From contig DF237026.1 in NCBI GenBank assembly GCA_000708835.1, positions 62,001-126,000 on the forward strand: a DNA stretch of 64,000 nucleotides, in the 5' to 3' direction. Below, piece after piece: positions 1 through 11,598 of this stretch. Source of the stretch: Klebsormidium nitens (lineage: Eukaryota > Plantae > Klebsormidiophyceae). The first letter of the stretch is position 1. Every line of letters starts with the position of its first letter. Below the pieces are notes generated by a model. The model was given only the letters and a program-made list of their open reading frames with translations. It made no database searches and was not told the origin of the DNA. Made by a program: the position numbers and the translations under genes.

Positions 1-904
1 GTCACTTTTTCCATCTTTCTGGACGCTTTCGAAGTGTCCTGAAACATATGATATCTTTTTCCATCATATGAAGAGCGCAAATTTAAACCTGGTATTACGT
101 ATTGGCGAGCGGCAGTGATGACTTGGATCTTCAAGACTGGAAAGAACTGGGTTTGCAACTGGTTAGAGCCTGGCTGAAGTCCAATCAAAATCTGAGACTC
201 AGACAATTTTCGAAACCCGCTTTCTGGTCCCGTATGAAAGTAGGTGGATGGGAGACTTGGACTCTTGACTTGCTTGCCACCCTGCATAGTGTGCAGACAA
301 CAGCAATAATCTCGACATCCTGTTCATATGAGACGGACGATTGGACTGCGACGGCGCACCACTCACCGGAGGGTTGAGAAAACGGGTTGTATCGTAGTTG
401 TTTACAGCTAACAGCTTGTCTACTCTCGACCACAGAGTTCCACTCGGCATAACCAGTATCCTTTACTTCTGAAGGAGCAGGTCTTGCACCCAGCGTGGCA
501 CTTGCTTTGAAACCCGGAAGCTCGTCAAACATATGCGACCCTGGTGTTCTATAGCAGCAAGGAACGAAACTGGAAGCTTCGAAGTCTTCTTCTGGTCAGC
601 ACTCCCCCTCCTAGACTTTGATTGAAAAGTTGGTGGGCAAAAGCTATCCCTACCCCTCTTGAAGTTCTCCGTCCTTACTTCTCGCCCTTGCCTTGCAATT
701 ACTCCCTACCAGCAGCAGAGAGCTGTAGCTGACGTTTCCACTTACCACATCCTTCTATTCTTATCAAGTCCGTTTCCTAAGTCAGCCGTCAATCCATCTG
801 CCTTTTCCTGCGCCAAGGGATGCAGAAACTCACCAACTCTCTGTCGACTTCTATTTGTTCGTTCCTGATCATTTCATCATGTCTTCTGCCTTCTTCTGTT
901 ACAG

Positions 905-1797
905 GTAGTGCGACTAGAATATGAGGCGTATGCACCCATGGCAATCGCGAAGCTGAAAGACATCTGCAGTGAAATCCGCTCCAAGTGGGACGTCTGCAAA
1001 ATTGCCATCTTCCATCGGGTAAGCGCACACACGGACGACTGGTTTTTTTCTTTTCCTCGAAGCCCGTGACTTTGCAAAACAGGGGGCTGTTTGTGTCAGC
1101 CAAGTGACGCACCTGTTGTCTCACCTGTTGTGTCACCACCATTCGTAGGGCACACGTTGTTGAGACCCTCAGGTTTTCCTGTGACAGACAAACGCAGTCG
1201 GTTTCTCAGCTGGCTGTTCTGCACTCAGACGATGGCTCTCTCCATTGTTTGCTTCTGACTTCTTTGCGTTGGTACGTCCGTGTATGTTTGAGAGAATCAC
1301 CTTGGAAAGGCCGGCCGTGAAGGCCATACCGTCGGCCGAAGCTTACCCGAATTCAATCCCTCGATTGATCATGATCGCCAGTCTCTTCCGTCCTCTGCTC
1401 GCGAAACTTCCTCTAAGCTGTACCTTAAACGCCGCTTCTCTTCTTCAACCTATTTAGGCCGGCCTGCTAAATGGGCATATTATGAGAAGTCGGTATCACA
1501 AGCTTTTACGAGCAATCCTACTTTAAGAGAAAAGCTCATATACTGTGCTATCTCGGAAACCCTCCTTACCCATGACCGCTTGTGGTCTTTCTGCAGACGG
1601 GCGTCGTGGATGTCGGAGAGCCTAGCGTAATCATTGCCGTTTCCTCCGTACATAGAGCGTCGGGCCTAGAAGCAGCGAGGTTTGGCATAGACGAGTTGAA
1701 GGCAACGGTGCCCATCTGGAAAAAGGAGCTGTACGAAAGCGGGGATTTGTGGAAAGAGAACAGCGAATTCAAACCGAAAGCGGCGTCTGGTGATTGA
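905..1797 (+). CDS. MOCS2B: Molybdopterin synthase catalytic subunit (MoaE/MOCS2B/CNX6), 5' partial; exons 905-1018 and 1597-1797
   Basis: Exons translate to [38 protein letters not shown] / [58 protein letters not shown]. This carries the MoaE motifs LEYEAY, HR, VSSxHR, IDELKxxVPIWKKE. Both junctions are phase 0 with canonical AG/GT. The N-terminal exon was not found in the window. Confidence 0.93.
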
Positions 1798-2856
1798 TGT
1801 TCTCCAACGGCATCTTTCTTGGCCCGGTCATGGCCTCAATACCGCCTGGTGTTATCGCTCGAAATCGCACGGAGAATCATATCCAGTGTGGATTGCGTGC
1901 TGCAATCGAAATCATGAGCACGGTCACGCGGCATGTGTTGAGCGCCAAATCTTAAAGAAGTCTTCCGCCCGCACGATTGCTTAAATGCGTCGAAGGTATG
2001 TTGTCCGAATCTACATACGTACATATATGTCGGTGTGGCGGCCGGCCGTTGTCAGGACATTTCCAGCCACCATGCCATGCCGGCCATAACACATCACTCA
2101 CGCGTGACGCGCAGCGTCATGCATAGGAATCATTCGTCGACCCTGAGCCATCATGATTCATGATTTGGCCGCCGCCATGTATGTACGTGCAATTTACTAG
2201 CTCGGATGACTGAACATTGCCACATGTTCCTAAGTCCTAAGTTCGCGGCTTCTAGCTAGAACTGCACCAGCGAGTTATGGTATGCACGTGATGCATGGCG
2301 GCGCACTGAGCTAGAAGATTGCCAGCACATTATATGTGTAAAAGGCTAGTGCCATATGATTTTCTGAGCGATCATGCCTCTAGAGCATTGCCAGTTGGCA
2401 GCCCGGCGCGCGGGCGCCGGCCTCCAGATTGACCGACCGACCCGACGTAAGACGGTTTGGGCGAGGCGGTTGCAACAGGCCATAGTGGTCTCATGCCAGA
2501 GCCGCGCAACTATACCATCAGAACTAGAGCCATCCATGATTTAGAGCCTGTAGCTAACTGTCGTTTTATCAGCCGTTCATATACTTCAGAGCAGAAGTTG
2601 CCGATCCGAGGAGCCATCTGGTCCTCAAGAGATATCAATGCCAGCACATACCCAACTCTTGTTGATCGTAGCAAGCTCCTAAGCGTCATCTGAGCAGAAA
2701 GTAACGGGCTATCGGCTATTTGCCATTGACGAACCGCGCATCTATCTATCAACTCACGCTGTACACTTGTTTTCACATTGGCTGTGGACTATTACCAATC
2801 CGGTTCTGAAGCACGCGCAACCTAGTTGCATAAAAGTCAATGGTGACGAGCCAACT

Positions 2857-5800
2857 TCAACTTTCATCCGCCGAATTAATGGATTCAGCAAGCTGTGGTT
2901 CCTCCAACTGGTAAAGCGGCCCGTACTTGTCCCGCAAATATTGCAAAAAGCACTCCGGTCGCAGCTGAGACCCTGTCAGCTTTTCCATCAGGTGATCGCC
3001 GCTCTCGTACAGGGAGCCGACTTGGTGAATCTCGCTGTAGAGCCAGTCACGCAGCTGGGAGAACTGGCCGGCCGCGATGTCCTGCTCCAGGTCGGGAAGC
3101 TCCTTCTTGGCCTGCTCAAACATCTGCAGAAAACAAAAAGTCAGGTTTGAGAGTTTCGACGAATTCTGCCTTTGCGAACTCAATCGTTCCCCTGCAACAT
3201 TAAGAGGACGCACATTTGAAGACAAGTTGACATTGCTTCGTCTGCGCAAGCGGAGCGAAGCGCGTAAAGCAGAAGTTCTCGGTCAGTGACTCTCTTGTCT
3301 TGCCGTTCTGCAGATCATTATGCGCTTATCCCTTCCGAATTGCTGAGTATCGAGTGACAAGTCCGTTATCATAATTGAAAGCGCCGTTTGAGTCCCTGTT
3401 CTTGCGGTCCAGTCCGTGTCCTTCTTGCTTCGGACCGCTTTCCGAGATTCTCGACCGGCTAGAGCGCGGAGTTCAAAATTTCCATTTTCCGCAGTCTTTG
3501 TTCTCACCAGAGTCAGATCGACTGACTTTTGAACCACGGAATTCTCCTGCAGGCTGTAGATATTGCTTCTTTCACTTTCGTTCTTCTCTGGCCTCTCTTT
3601 TTCGTCCGCAAACACTTATCGGACGTACCTGGCATGCGTACATGGCCCCGAGCGAGTACGTGGGGAAGTAGCCGAACATGCCGGAGCTCCAGTGAACGTC
3701 TTGCAGGATGCCCCGGGCGTCGTCGGGGGGCGTACACCCCAGGTACTCCAGCATCTTCTCGTTCCACAACCGGGGCAGGTCGGCGACCTAGGAGGGTTAA
3801 TTCGAAGTTTAGCTGAGTAAAAACAAGCTCCGATAGATTGCTCCTACTATTGATGTTAACTACTTATGTTAAATGGTTAACGATATTGATAATCGTTTGA
3901 AAACAATGGGTTTGGTACGGTTCAAGTGTCTCTTTCAAACGAAGAGCAATACATTTCCTGATTTCGGAAGCAAAAACTCGACGTCTCGATCATTGTTTCC
4001 CTCCTCTGCGGACTTTCAACATGAGCATCGAGAGTCGACGTGTTAAGAAGCGCAAGACTCGAGGTGCATAGTACCGGGGATATCGAGGCGGCGAGAGAAG
4101 ATACTGGCAGGAAGAGCGCAGGGAAGGATTGAAGCGAAGTAAAGATAGTTTTCAGCAAGTTGTGTTCAGCAGATAGTGAAAAGGGACAAGAAGAGACAAG
4201 AAAGAATCTGGAAGTGATCTTCGGGGTGCATAAGTCAGAGCCGCCGGCGTTGCCCGTTGATCATGAGTCTGCTTCTAGATACGAGTCGCCACAAATCAAG
4301 GAGATGCCAACTAAGAGCAAGACACAGAAGGAAAATCAGAAAATTCCTTGGCAGTCCCATCCTCATGGGCTGGCTCGTTTCAAGGTGAAAGCCCCTCAGT
4401 TCGTCATTCAATGAGTTTAGATCCCGAAAGTCCGGGAGAGAGCGGATGTTCATCAAGAAGTGCAGGAGGAACGGCGAAGGCACGAAACTCGGCCAGATTG
4501 CAGCATCCCGTCGGTAAAGTTCCTTTCTGACTCGTGTCTCTCAGAGCTGGTGGAGCTTACTGAAGCATTTGCAACCAGAATCAAGCAATGGAACCAAAAG
4601 CATCTGGGTGTCGCGATGCTCGGAAGGACGACGTCTCTTCGGCTTCGTATCTGTTCAAGCAAACACAAGCAGACCTGAAAAGCTGTATAGGAATCTCTAT
4701 CACTGATATACACATCCAGCAGTTTCAAAAAGCATGAAATACATATGGCCGGCCCACACCTGTATGGTCCCGTTGATGAGATCCCGCTCCAGCTCGTACC
4801 GCAGGACCACGTGCATGGGGTACGTCACCTCGTCGCTCTCGGTACGCACCAGGCTGGGGTCGTGCACCATGTTCATGGCCCGGTAGAGGTCCCCGGCCGT
4901 TGCGGTCGCCGGAAACTCGGGGAAGTGCTCCTTGATGACGGGGAGAAGATAGTGGCAGAAGGGAAGGCCGCCGGCGACCATGCGTTCCCAAAGAAGGGAT
5001 TGGCTCTCGTGGACGCCGGTGCTTAGCGGCTCGCTCACGGGGAGGCCCTCGTACTCCATATTCCGGCCCTGGGAAGAAAAGTTAGTCCGTTATTACAAGG
5101 TACAGTGTTAATCGCTCCCACTCATTCATTGTATGAGGGGGAACGGAGGTTTGACGGAAAAGGGGGATCGAATGAGAACATTTAGAAGAAGCAAAGAGCA
5201 CGAAAAGGTGACGACCGCTCGCCTGGCTGAAAAGCCGAACAAACCGGCCCACGAAGTGAATGGGTCCGGCTTTGGACGCGAACGCGCTCGAAAAGGCCTT
5301 CCTAAATTGATCTTTCATTGGACTCGCCTTCCTCAAAACGCTGTTGATGCTGGTAGAAAATGTTCTGCAAAGAAAGTCGCAAACGAGCCACCGAACGGGT
5401 TTGCATATGAGAGTCCCGCTGATGCAGTCAAGAGTACGAGTCCGCACACCCGACGCTCCACAGGAGTAACGGGTGCTGTACACGAGACAGAAAGGAAGAC
5501 GAGGAAGGCTTACCTGCTCGTACAGTGCGTGCCCCGTCTCATGGATGGCCCCTTGCAGCCCTTCCATGAGGCAGCCTTCCTTGAAGCGGGTGGTCATGCG
5601 GACGTCCGTGGGGTGGGTCTCGCCGGTGAAGGGGTGCGCGGACACGTCCAGCCGGCCCTGCGGATGCAGGGAAGCGGTTTCGGGGGGGTTTAAGAGTTCC
5701 ATCATAGAACTACTGTGGAACTCGATCGGAAGCGGGTTAGGGGGGCTTAAGAGTTCCATCACAAAGATTGTGAAGCTTGAGTTGGAAGCGAGCGCTGTTT

Positions 5801-8464
5801 TGTTTGGCAAGGGCTGCTCAACGTTATGAGCGCTCTCTCCTTTCCAGAGCGACAAAGCTGACAGGATACTGGAGTCTTTAGCTCGTGAAAGGGAGCTGAC
5901 AGATTTCAGTAAGAGCTTAACAGGAATCACTCTACGAACGAAACAGCTGCACACAAGAGGGGTTTGATGTTGATTGAGGCGATTTTGTGTAGATTTGTCC
6001 TTTTGAGCCCTACGTACGCTGATCTCTACGCTTCATTAACGAGTTGCTCAGAGTTTTTGGAGTGCCAAAGCTGAACGAGGCGCGAATCCAGGGCAACTTT
6101 GAAGATAGCATCACTTCGTCGGGTATATTTCCGCTGACCTGGTCCAGCATGAACCCCAGGTCCGTGCATATGCGCAGGCACAGCTTGGCCTGTTCATCCG
6201 GGTTGTAGCTCCCCTTAATCCAGTCATTGCTAGGAGGCACCCCACGTGCCCTGATCGAGCTCAGCAGAGGGAGTAGGCCCTTCTTCACCTGCAGGCAAAT
6301 GCTGATAGCTTGAGCTAGAGCTTGCGTCAGACTCATGTCACAATGCAAGACGGCACAGCGGTCGCACCTCTGCTGCTGGATGGATGACATCGCCTTGAGA
6401 TGCTTCATAGACAAGCAGAAGAGGAGAAATATATTGGAGCTATCTTTACAACTGCATGAGCCTGCCATAGAAGCGATATACACCCAATCCTGCTCCAATA
6501 AAATGTGATCATGTCTTCTCGTTTGAGAAGATTTACAGTGACATTCGAGAGAAGCGAAACCTTGATTGCACCACACACTGAAACGTTAGTTAGACCATCA
6601 GTTTCGCAGGACTGGGTCGTTCCCTTTTGAAAGCAAATAATGGTGGCGAATAGAAGAGACTTGACTCGAGCAGACATTCTCACCTCTGAGAAGACCTCGT
6701 CCAGTCTTTGGCTCGTCATCCCCCGCTCAAACTCGTCTAGGCAGATGTCGTAGGGCGTTTGTGAGGAGTCAATGAGTTGACACTTCTCCTGTGTGAGCGC
6801 GACCCACTCCTCCAGTATTGGAGCAAGAACACTGAAGTCGTTTGCCTCTCTAGCTTTCAACCAAGCCTGGAACCTGCACTTCCAAGATCAGACCCAGTTC
6901 AGTTCCTCAGCTTAATTCACAAATCTGGTCTGGCAAAAATACAACTGACTCCGGAATTTCTGACAAATGAAGTTCACATGGAAGCGCCTCAGACGTGCAC
7001 AGATTGGTGAACTTGAAGAGTAGTTTTCATAATGGACGAAGATGAAGATGCTGCTTCTGCCTGTACAAATGAAAACTTGCGTGATGGAGTAAGAAAATTT
7101 TGGTCGGTTTCTGAAGGGTTTCCATCGCTCAGTACTTTAAGTAACTCGTGACACTTACAGCATTTTCAGGGCATGCTTCCCGGTTGCGATCGATAGATAG
7201 GGTCTATTTAGATACTAAATTTTAGCTAAACTTTAGCTATTGCTTTGACGTCATCGAACATCTTTCCGCAGTAGCAGCCGCCGAAGTAGAACAGGGGTGA
7301 TCATCGAGCCGTAGAACCACTGGACAGGTTCCATCTGACGCGCTAGATTCTTCCACGTGTCAAAGTCACTCTCTTAGATGACGTCAATTAATCTGGTGAT
7401 GTGACTAAACTTACACTAAACTTAGCCTAAGTTTAGGCTAAATACACCCTATCTATCGAACGCAACTGGGAAGCATGCCCTGAAAATGCTGTACTCTGTA
7501 ACAGACTGGTGTTGACAAGACTTGTAAAGAAAACGGACAAAATAATGTAAGATAATTGCCTGATGCAGACCTGGAAGCTGAACCGTAAAGGGGTCTGTTT
7601 TTAGGCTGTTTGTTGCCTTTGCAAGTAATGCCTCCAGAATGTGTATCGAGTAACTCAGAAAAGAATGTTATACAGAGACATGTCTTCTGCTGTCTAGTCA
7701 CAAGTGAAAGACCGCCTTGTCACTTGAAAGAGAGGGTTGGAACCAACGCTACAGCTAATGACTGCCTTGCCTTTCTTTACAGCTCACAGAGCTGTCAGGC
7801 GTCCAGCAGCATTACAATTGAAAACGATTTTGCCATTGGGTATCCTCGACCGTAAGTGCTGGCTTGCTTACCCCTCTGACGCCAGCTCCGCGGACCGCTG
7901 TGCTATTCTCGCTGGGACAGCCGCCCTCTTCTGCTGCTTCTTCAAAGCGTCCCGCACGACCGCTCTCTCGAACGGTCCAATCTGGCAGCCATCGCAATCA
8001 TCCTCCACCTCATGCCCAACGCAACCACCATTGATCATTGGCTGGAGCTTAAGAAGCAGCCGCTCAAGTAGAGGATCCGTCCACTTTGCATGAATCACCC
8101 CTGCTAGAGTGCTCCGCTGTGCAGCACGAGAGGCAGCTGCTCCTTCTGGCATCATAACCTGTTCATCCCAGTCAAGGAGCGCATTTATGCTCTCCAGATT
8201 GCTCAGCTCCTTGAGCCTGAGTGCCAACTCCTCATAGTCTGCAATTGTCCATCGGACCTGTCTGTAGCTAAAGCTGCTTCGTAGGCTGACAAGCTTCCTC
8301 TTGATTGAGCTGGCAAGGGTGCCCCCCGGAGACGAACTTGAGGTTGGAGTGCCCGGAGTCCTTGGAGTGCCTGATCCTCTGGGTGAGTTGCTCAGACTGC
8401 TGAGCTTGCTTCGAACCTGGTTGGGCACAATCTGATCCAGTCGAAAGGGCACTTTGATCACCAT
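2857..8464 (-). CDS. Peptidase M32 (carboxypeptidase Taq-like) metallocarboxypeptidase, ~603 aa; exons 7872-8464, 6684-6873, 6139-6288, 5514-5657, 4760-5068, 3629-3787, 2857-3123
   Basis: Seven phase-consistent GT-AG exons give the M32 motifs [25 protein letters not shown] (HExxH), HESQS, VRTESDE and [19 protein letters not shown]. There is a ~70-aa Ser/Pro/Thr-rich N-terminal extension. The start codon is the first in-frame ATG. Confidence 0.92.
5671..5761. repeat. Imperfect ~58-bp tandem duplication in an M32 intron, just upstream of a 3' splice site
   Basis: gaagcggtttcgggggggtttaagagttccatca (5671-5704) recurs as gaagcgggttaggggggcttaagagttccatca (5729-5761). Confidence 0.75.
7158..7491. 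mobile_element. 334-bp MITE, Tc1/mariner (Stowaway-like) type, in M32 intron 1
   Basis: 46-bp terminal inverted repeats (7158-7203 vs 7446-7491, 2 mismatches) start with CAG. TA flanks both sides (7156-7157, 7492-7493). No coding capacity. Confidence 0.85.
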
Positions 8465-8746
8465 GCTTCTACTCGTGAGAGTGGTGCCAAGGACCCCGGA
8501 AGAAGCTCACGAATGCAGCCTCATATGGCAGCTTTACAGAAGCAAAAGCTCAAGCAATGTGTACCCAATGGTTCCCCAAAGTGCTGCAGGTGTTTTCGAT
8601 CTTCCTAGTCACAAACGCCAGGATGCTGTACTTCAAATTGCTTTCGCAGCAGTGATTGAACGCAAGTTTAAACAGGAAGATCAAGCCGGCCTGAGATTCT
8701 CTTCTTATCCTTTTACGCAGATCTATTAATCAATACAAGGCCAAAA

Positions 8747-8890
8747 ATGGACCAGATTCCCCTCTGCCTTTCTGCAAACGTATTGCTCGCCAAAGCAGAA
8801 AACACTTTCTGCTTGGTCTCTGCAGCAGAAGAACCGATCCAAGGATTTGCTTGTCCAAGCCTAAGGAGCTTGTTCCTTCCCTCACAATGA
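8747..8890 (+). pseudogene. Possible degenerate fragment paralogous to the downstream F-box/LRR ORF
   Basis: The 47-aa ORF MDQIPLCLSANVLL...FACPSLRSLFLPSQ resembles the F-box start (LDQLPSCIVVDIV) and an LRR unit of the ORF at 9224. Weak, by-eye similarity only. Confidence 0.25.
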
Positions 8891-9223
8891 TCAACAGTGA
8901 ACTATCAGCTATGATCAGCTATGATTGTTCCCTTAGGATGAAGATGATGAAGAGATCTGCATTCACGACTTGGATGCTGGAGCAACTGTTTTTGACTCGG
9001 GGACTCCTCGTAATCCCTTTTATCGACGGCTATGAGAGCTTCCAAAAAAATGAGATCGTCTCGAGGCCGTTCATCTGTGAAGCAGCTAGAGATGATCGAC
9101 GCTCAGAGTCAAAGTCACAACTTGAATGCCCATGCACTGACCCAACCTTACCCAATTGTTTTGCATGATGAGGTGCACCGCTTCTTCTAAGTTCTAGCTT
9201 GAGGTTGCGCCACTTGCGCCACG

Positions 9224-10306
9224 ATGGCGGCTGCTGCCAGTCTCCTTGACCAGCTTCCTTCCTGCATTGTAGTTGACATTGTAGAACGAGTACGCGTGTG
9301 CAGCCCAGACGCGTTCCGTGCGCTGGAGCAGACCTGCAGTGAACTGCGCCAAATAGCCAGGAGTCTCAGTCGCTGCCTTAGCCTGCAAAGCGCCTGCAGC
9401 ATCAGTGGATCTACCCTGGGGCCTGAGCCTGCAGCTCAGATAGTGCTGAGAGAGCTTGGGCTTCGGCCGCTCGTCAAACATGTGAAGGTTGGCTTTGACA
9501 AAGGGTTACGGAACAAGGCATACATGGTGGCACTACAGGCAGTCATCAAGGACTGGGAATGGACAGGCGCAACCATAACGTGGGAGCTGCGCTACCTGTT
9601 TGAGCCACCAGAGGACGTGTATCCATTGGCTTTTCTTGGGGCGGCATGTCTCAGGAGCTTGAAAAGCCTGAAGCTAGTCAATTGGCCGTGTTTGAGCTTG
9701 GACCTTCAGAAGATGCTGACCAGCTTCTCCCAGCTGCAGACACTGGTTGTTGCAGGACACTGTGGGGTCAGATATCCCACTTTCAGCTGCCAAACCCTGG
9801 TATATCTGTTTAACATGATCTCGCTGCCTTCCATTACTCACTTAGATGCAATCGACCTGGTACATGACGGTACACCAGCTAGATGGTTTGTGCTTCCAGA
9901 CCAGCAATACCCCAACCTCCGCTTCCTTGCTTTTAATTGTCAAGATGTCGGGTTCCCAGAACTAGAGGCAACTGCTTTTGCAAATGCTCCAGAGCTCTTG
10001 GAAGTAGTCCACCTTTAAGTTAGCAGCTTGTCGGAAAAAAGATTGGTTGCCCACCTTTGTGGTTTGATTGCACGGTGCAGACGTTTAAAACATTTGAGGG
10101 TAGTGGAGCAGGAAAATGCCACCTGCTTCCTCCCAGCAGTCGCCCCAGAAGCATTAGAGAGCCTCCTGAAGTGTTCTACGCATCTTGATTATGTGCATTT
10201 GTCCTTAAGGTTGGTTGGTTCAACAGCAGACGTAGAGCTTGAGCTGGGGCAACTCAAGGGAACAGCTTGTTTGAAAAGTAGATATTTGTCCAATGCAAGC
10301 AATTAG
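9224..10306 (+). pseudogene. Intronless F-box/LRR (RNI-like) ORF interrupted by an in-frame TAA at 10016-10018
   Basis: N-terminal LLDQLPSCIVVDIVERV is F-box-like. LRR-like units include LRSLKSLKLVNW, FSQLQTLVV, LPSITHLD, YPNLRFLAF and CRRLKHLRVV. ORFs 9224-10018 and 10028-10306 are in the same frame, separated by one stop. A probable frameshift follows near 10300. Confidence 0.6.
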
Positions 10307-11598
10307 TGAGCATGCTCTGGTAAAGTCTTTCTCCTTGGGTCAGACTTTTGGGACGTTGTTTGAGCCGCTGCCTTCTTTGAGCCGCCGCTAGATCTTTAAA
10401 AGATCAGTCCTGAACGTGTTTGACACAACCACTCATGGGTTGAACTTCAAGGCGGAAAGAGGAAGTCTTCTTGCGGAGGAACCTAAAAAATTGACTTGTA
10501 CGTATTGAATAATGCAAAGAGCAAGCTCCTTTCATTGACGCCCAATTCCGAGGCCTGGTCAGGGTCTTGTGAGCAGTATATTGTCATGGTATGAGCTAGT
10601 GCCGGGCTCAGCCATTGTATGAAGCGCGTCACATGCACAAGGTAATTGCACATAGAGGGCGTATAGTCTGCACTATATGGCAGTTCCTAGATCGGACTCA
10701 TATAAACGGATGGCCAATGATGTTGTCTAAAGTGGGGAAGAATATGAATGACCGAGAAGGCAGGCTGGCACTGCGTGACCATGTGGAGCTTGATCTTTAT
10801 GCGCGACGTCTGAGTCTAATCTGCTTCTTATTGCAGCTATAACGCGTGGCACTTATTCAGTGAGCTTAGCCCCAGTGAGCCGGAGTCGTTCAATGTTGGC
10901 AACCGCGGATCTGGCATGTCTGCATCAGTCACTGCATGCACGTCCCAGCTAGACTGATTAATATCATATTGCTTAATCTACCGCCTGAGTGTGTACTGGA
11001 CGTATATAGGCAAGTCGGACTCACCGACAGAGCTGTCATGACCGCGGCAGCTCGATCGATCCTTGCATATAAGCTCAGCGCTGGACGCATGAGCGGTCAA
11101 CCCGCGCTAGACGGTACATATCTGCACTGATGCTCTGTGGCCGGGCACTCTCGATATAATCCATTATATGATAATGCTTTGTGATCAGACGGTAGAATCA
11201 TGCATGCCAGGCGCGCGGCTGCACCCGTCACGATTGGAGACCTTGAAGCCATATAGAGTCGCAGGCCAGATTGAGTCGGTATAGCGGACTTTCGAAACAA
11301 AGTTGCATACGAGTTCAGGCCTTCAATCATGAGGGATCATCGGATGAGGGTACATACCATTTCAGGGTCGGACACGCAAACAGTACCAGAAATCCACGGT
11401 TGCATATATTATGCCCTGACCTCAAAAAGCTTCAGTGCACGAAGTCAAACGTGCAACATACGGAACAGGACTCGCAACCGGTGGATCAAAGCAGAGATAC
11501 AACAGGAGATCGTACCACATGCACATCCGATGCACGGAATCTTTCGGATAGAAGTGCAGTGCGCCAGGCAAAAAATGCACCACTTGATCGAGGCCATT

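Noticed and set aside
102-660. ORFs of 83-115 aa at the window start
   Set aside because: No recognisable motifs; the region is probably the intron upstream of the MOCS2B exon at 905. The expected GAIATF/GTTR exon was not found.
5082-5954. 290-aa minus-strand ORF as a standalone protein
   Set aside because: Only 5514-5657 is M32 coding; the rest is open intron sequence.
10000-10027. Possible intron removing the F-box stop (gtagtcc...ttagcag)
   Set aside because: Only 23 nt, far shorter than any intron in this window, and not frame-preserving.
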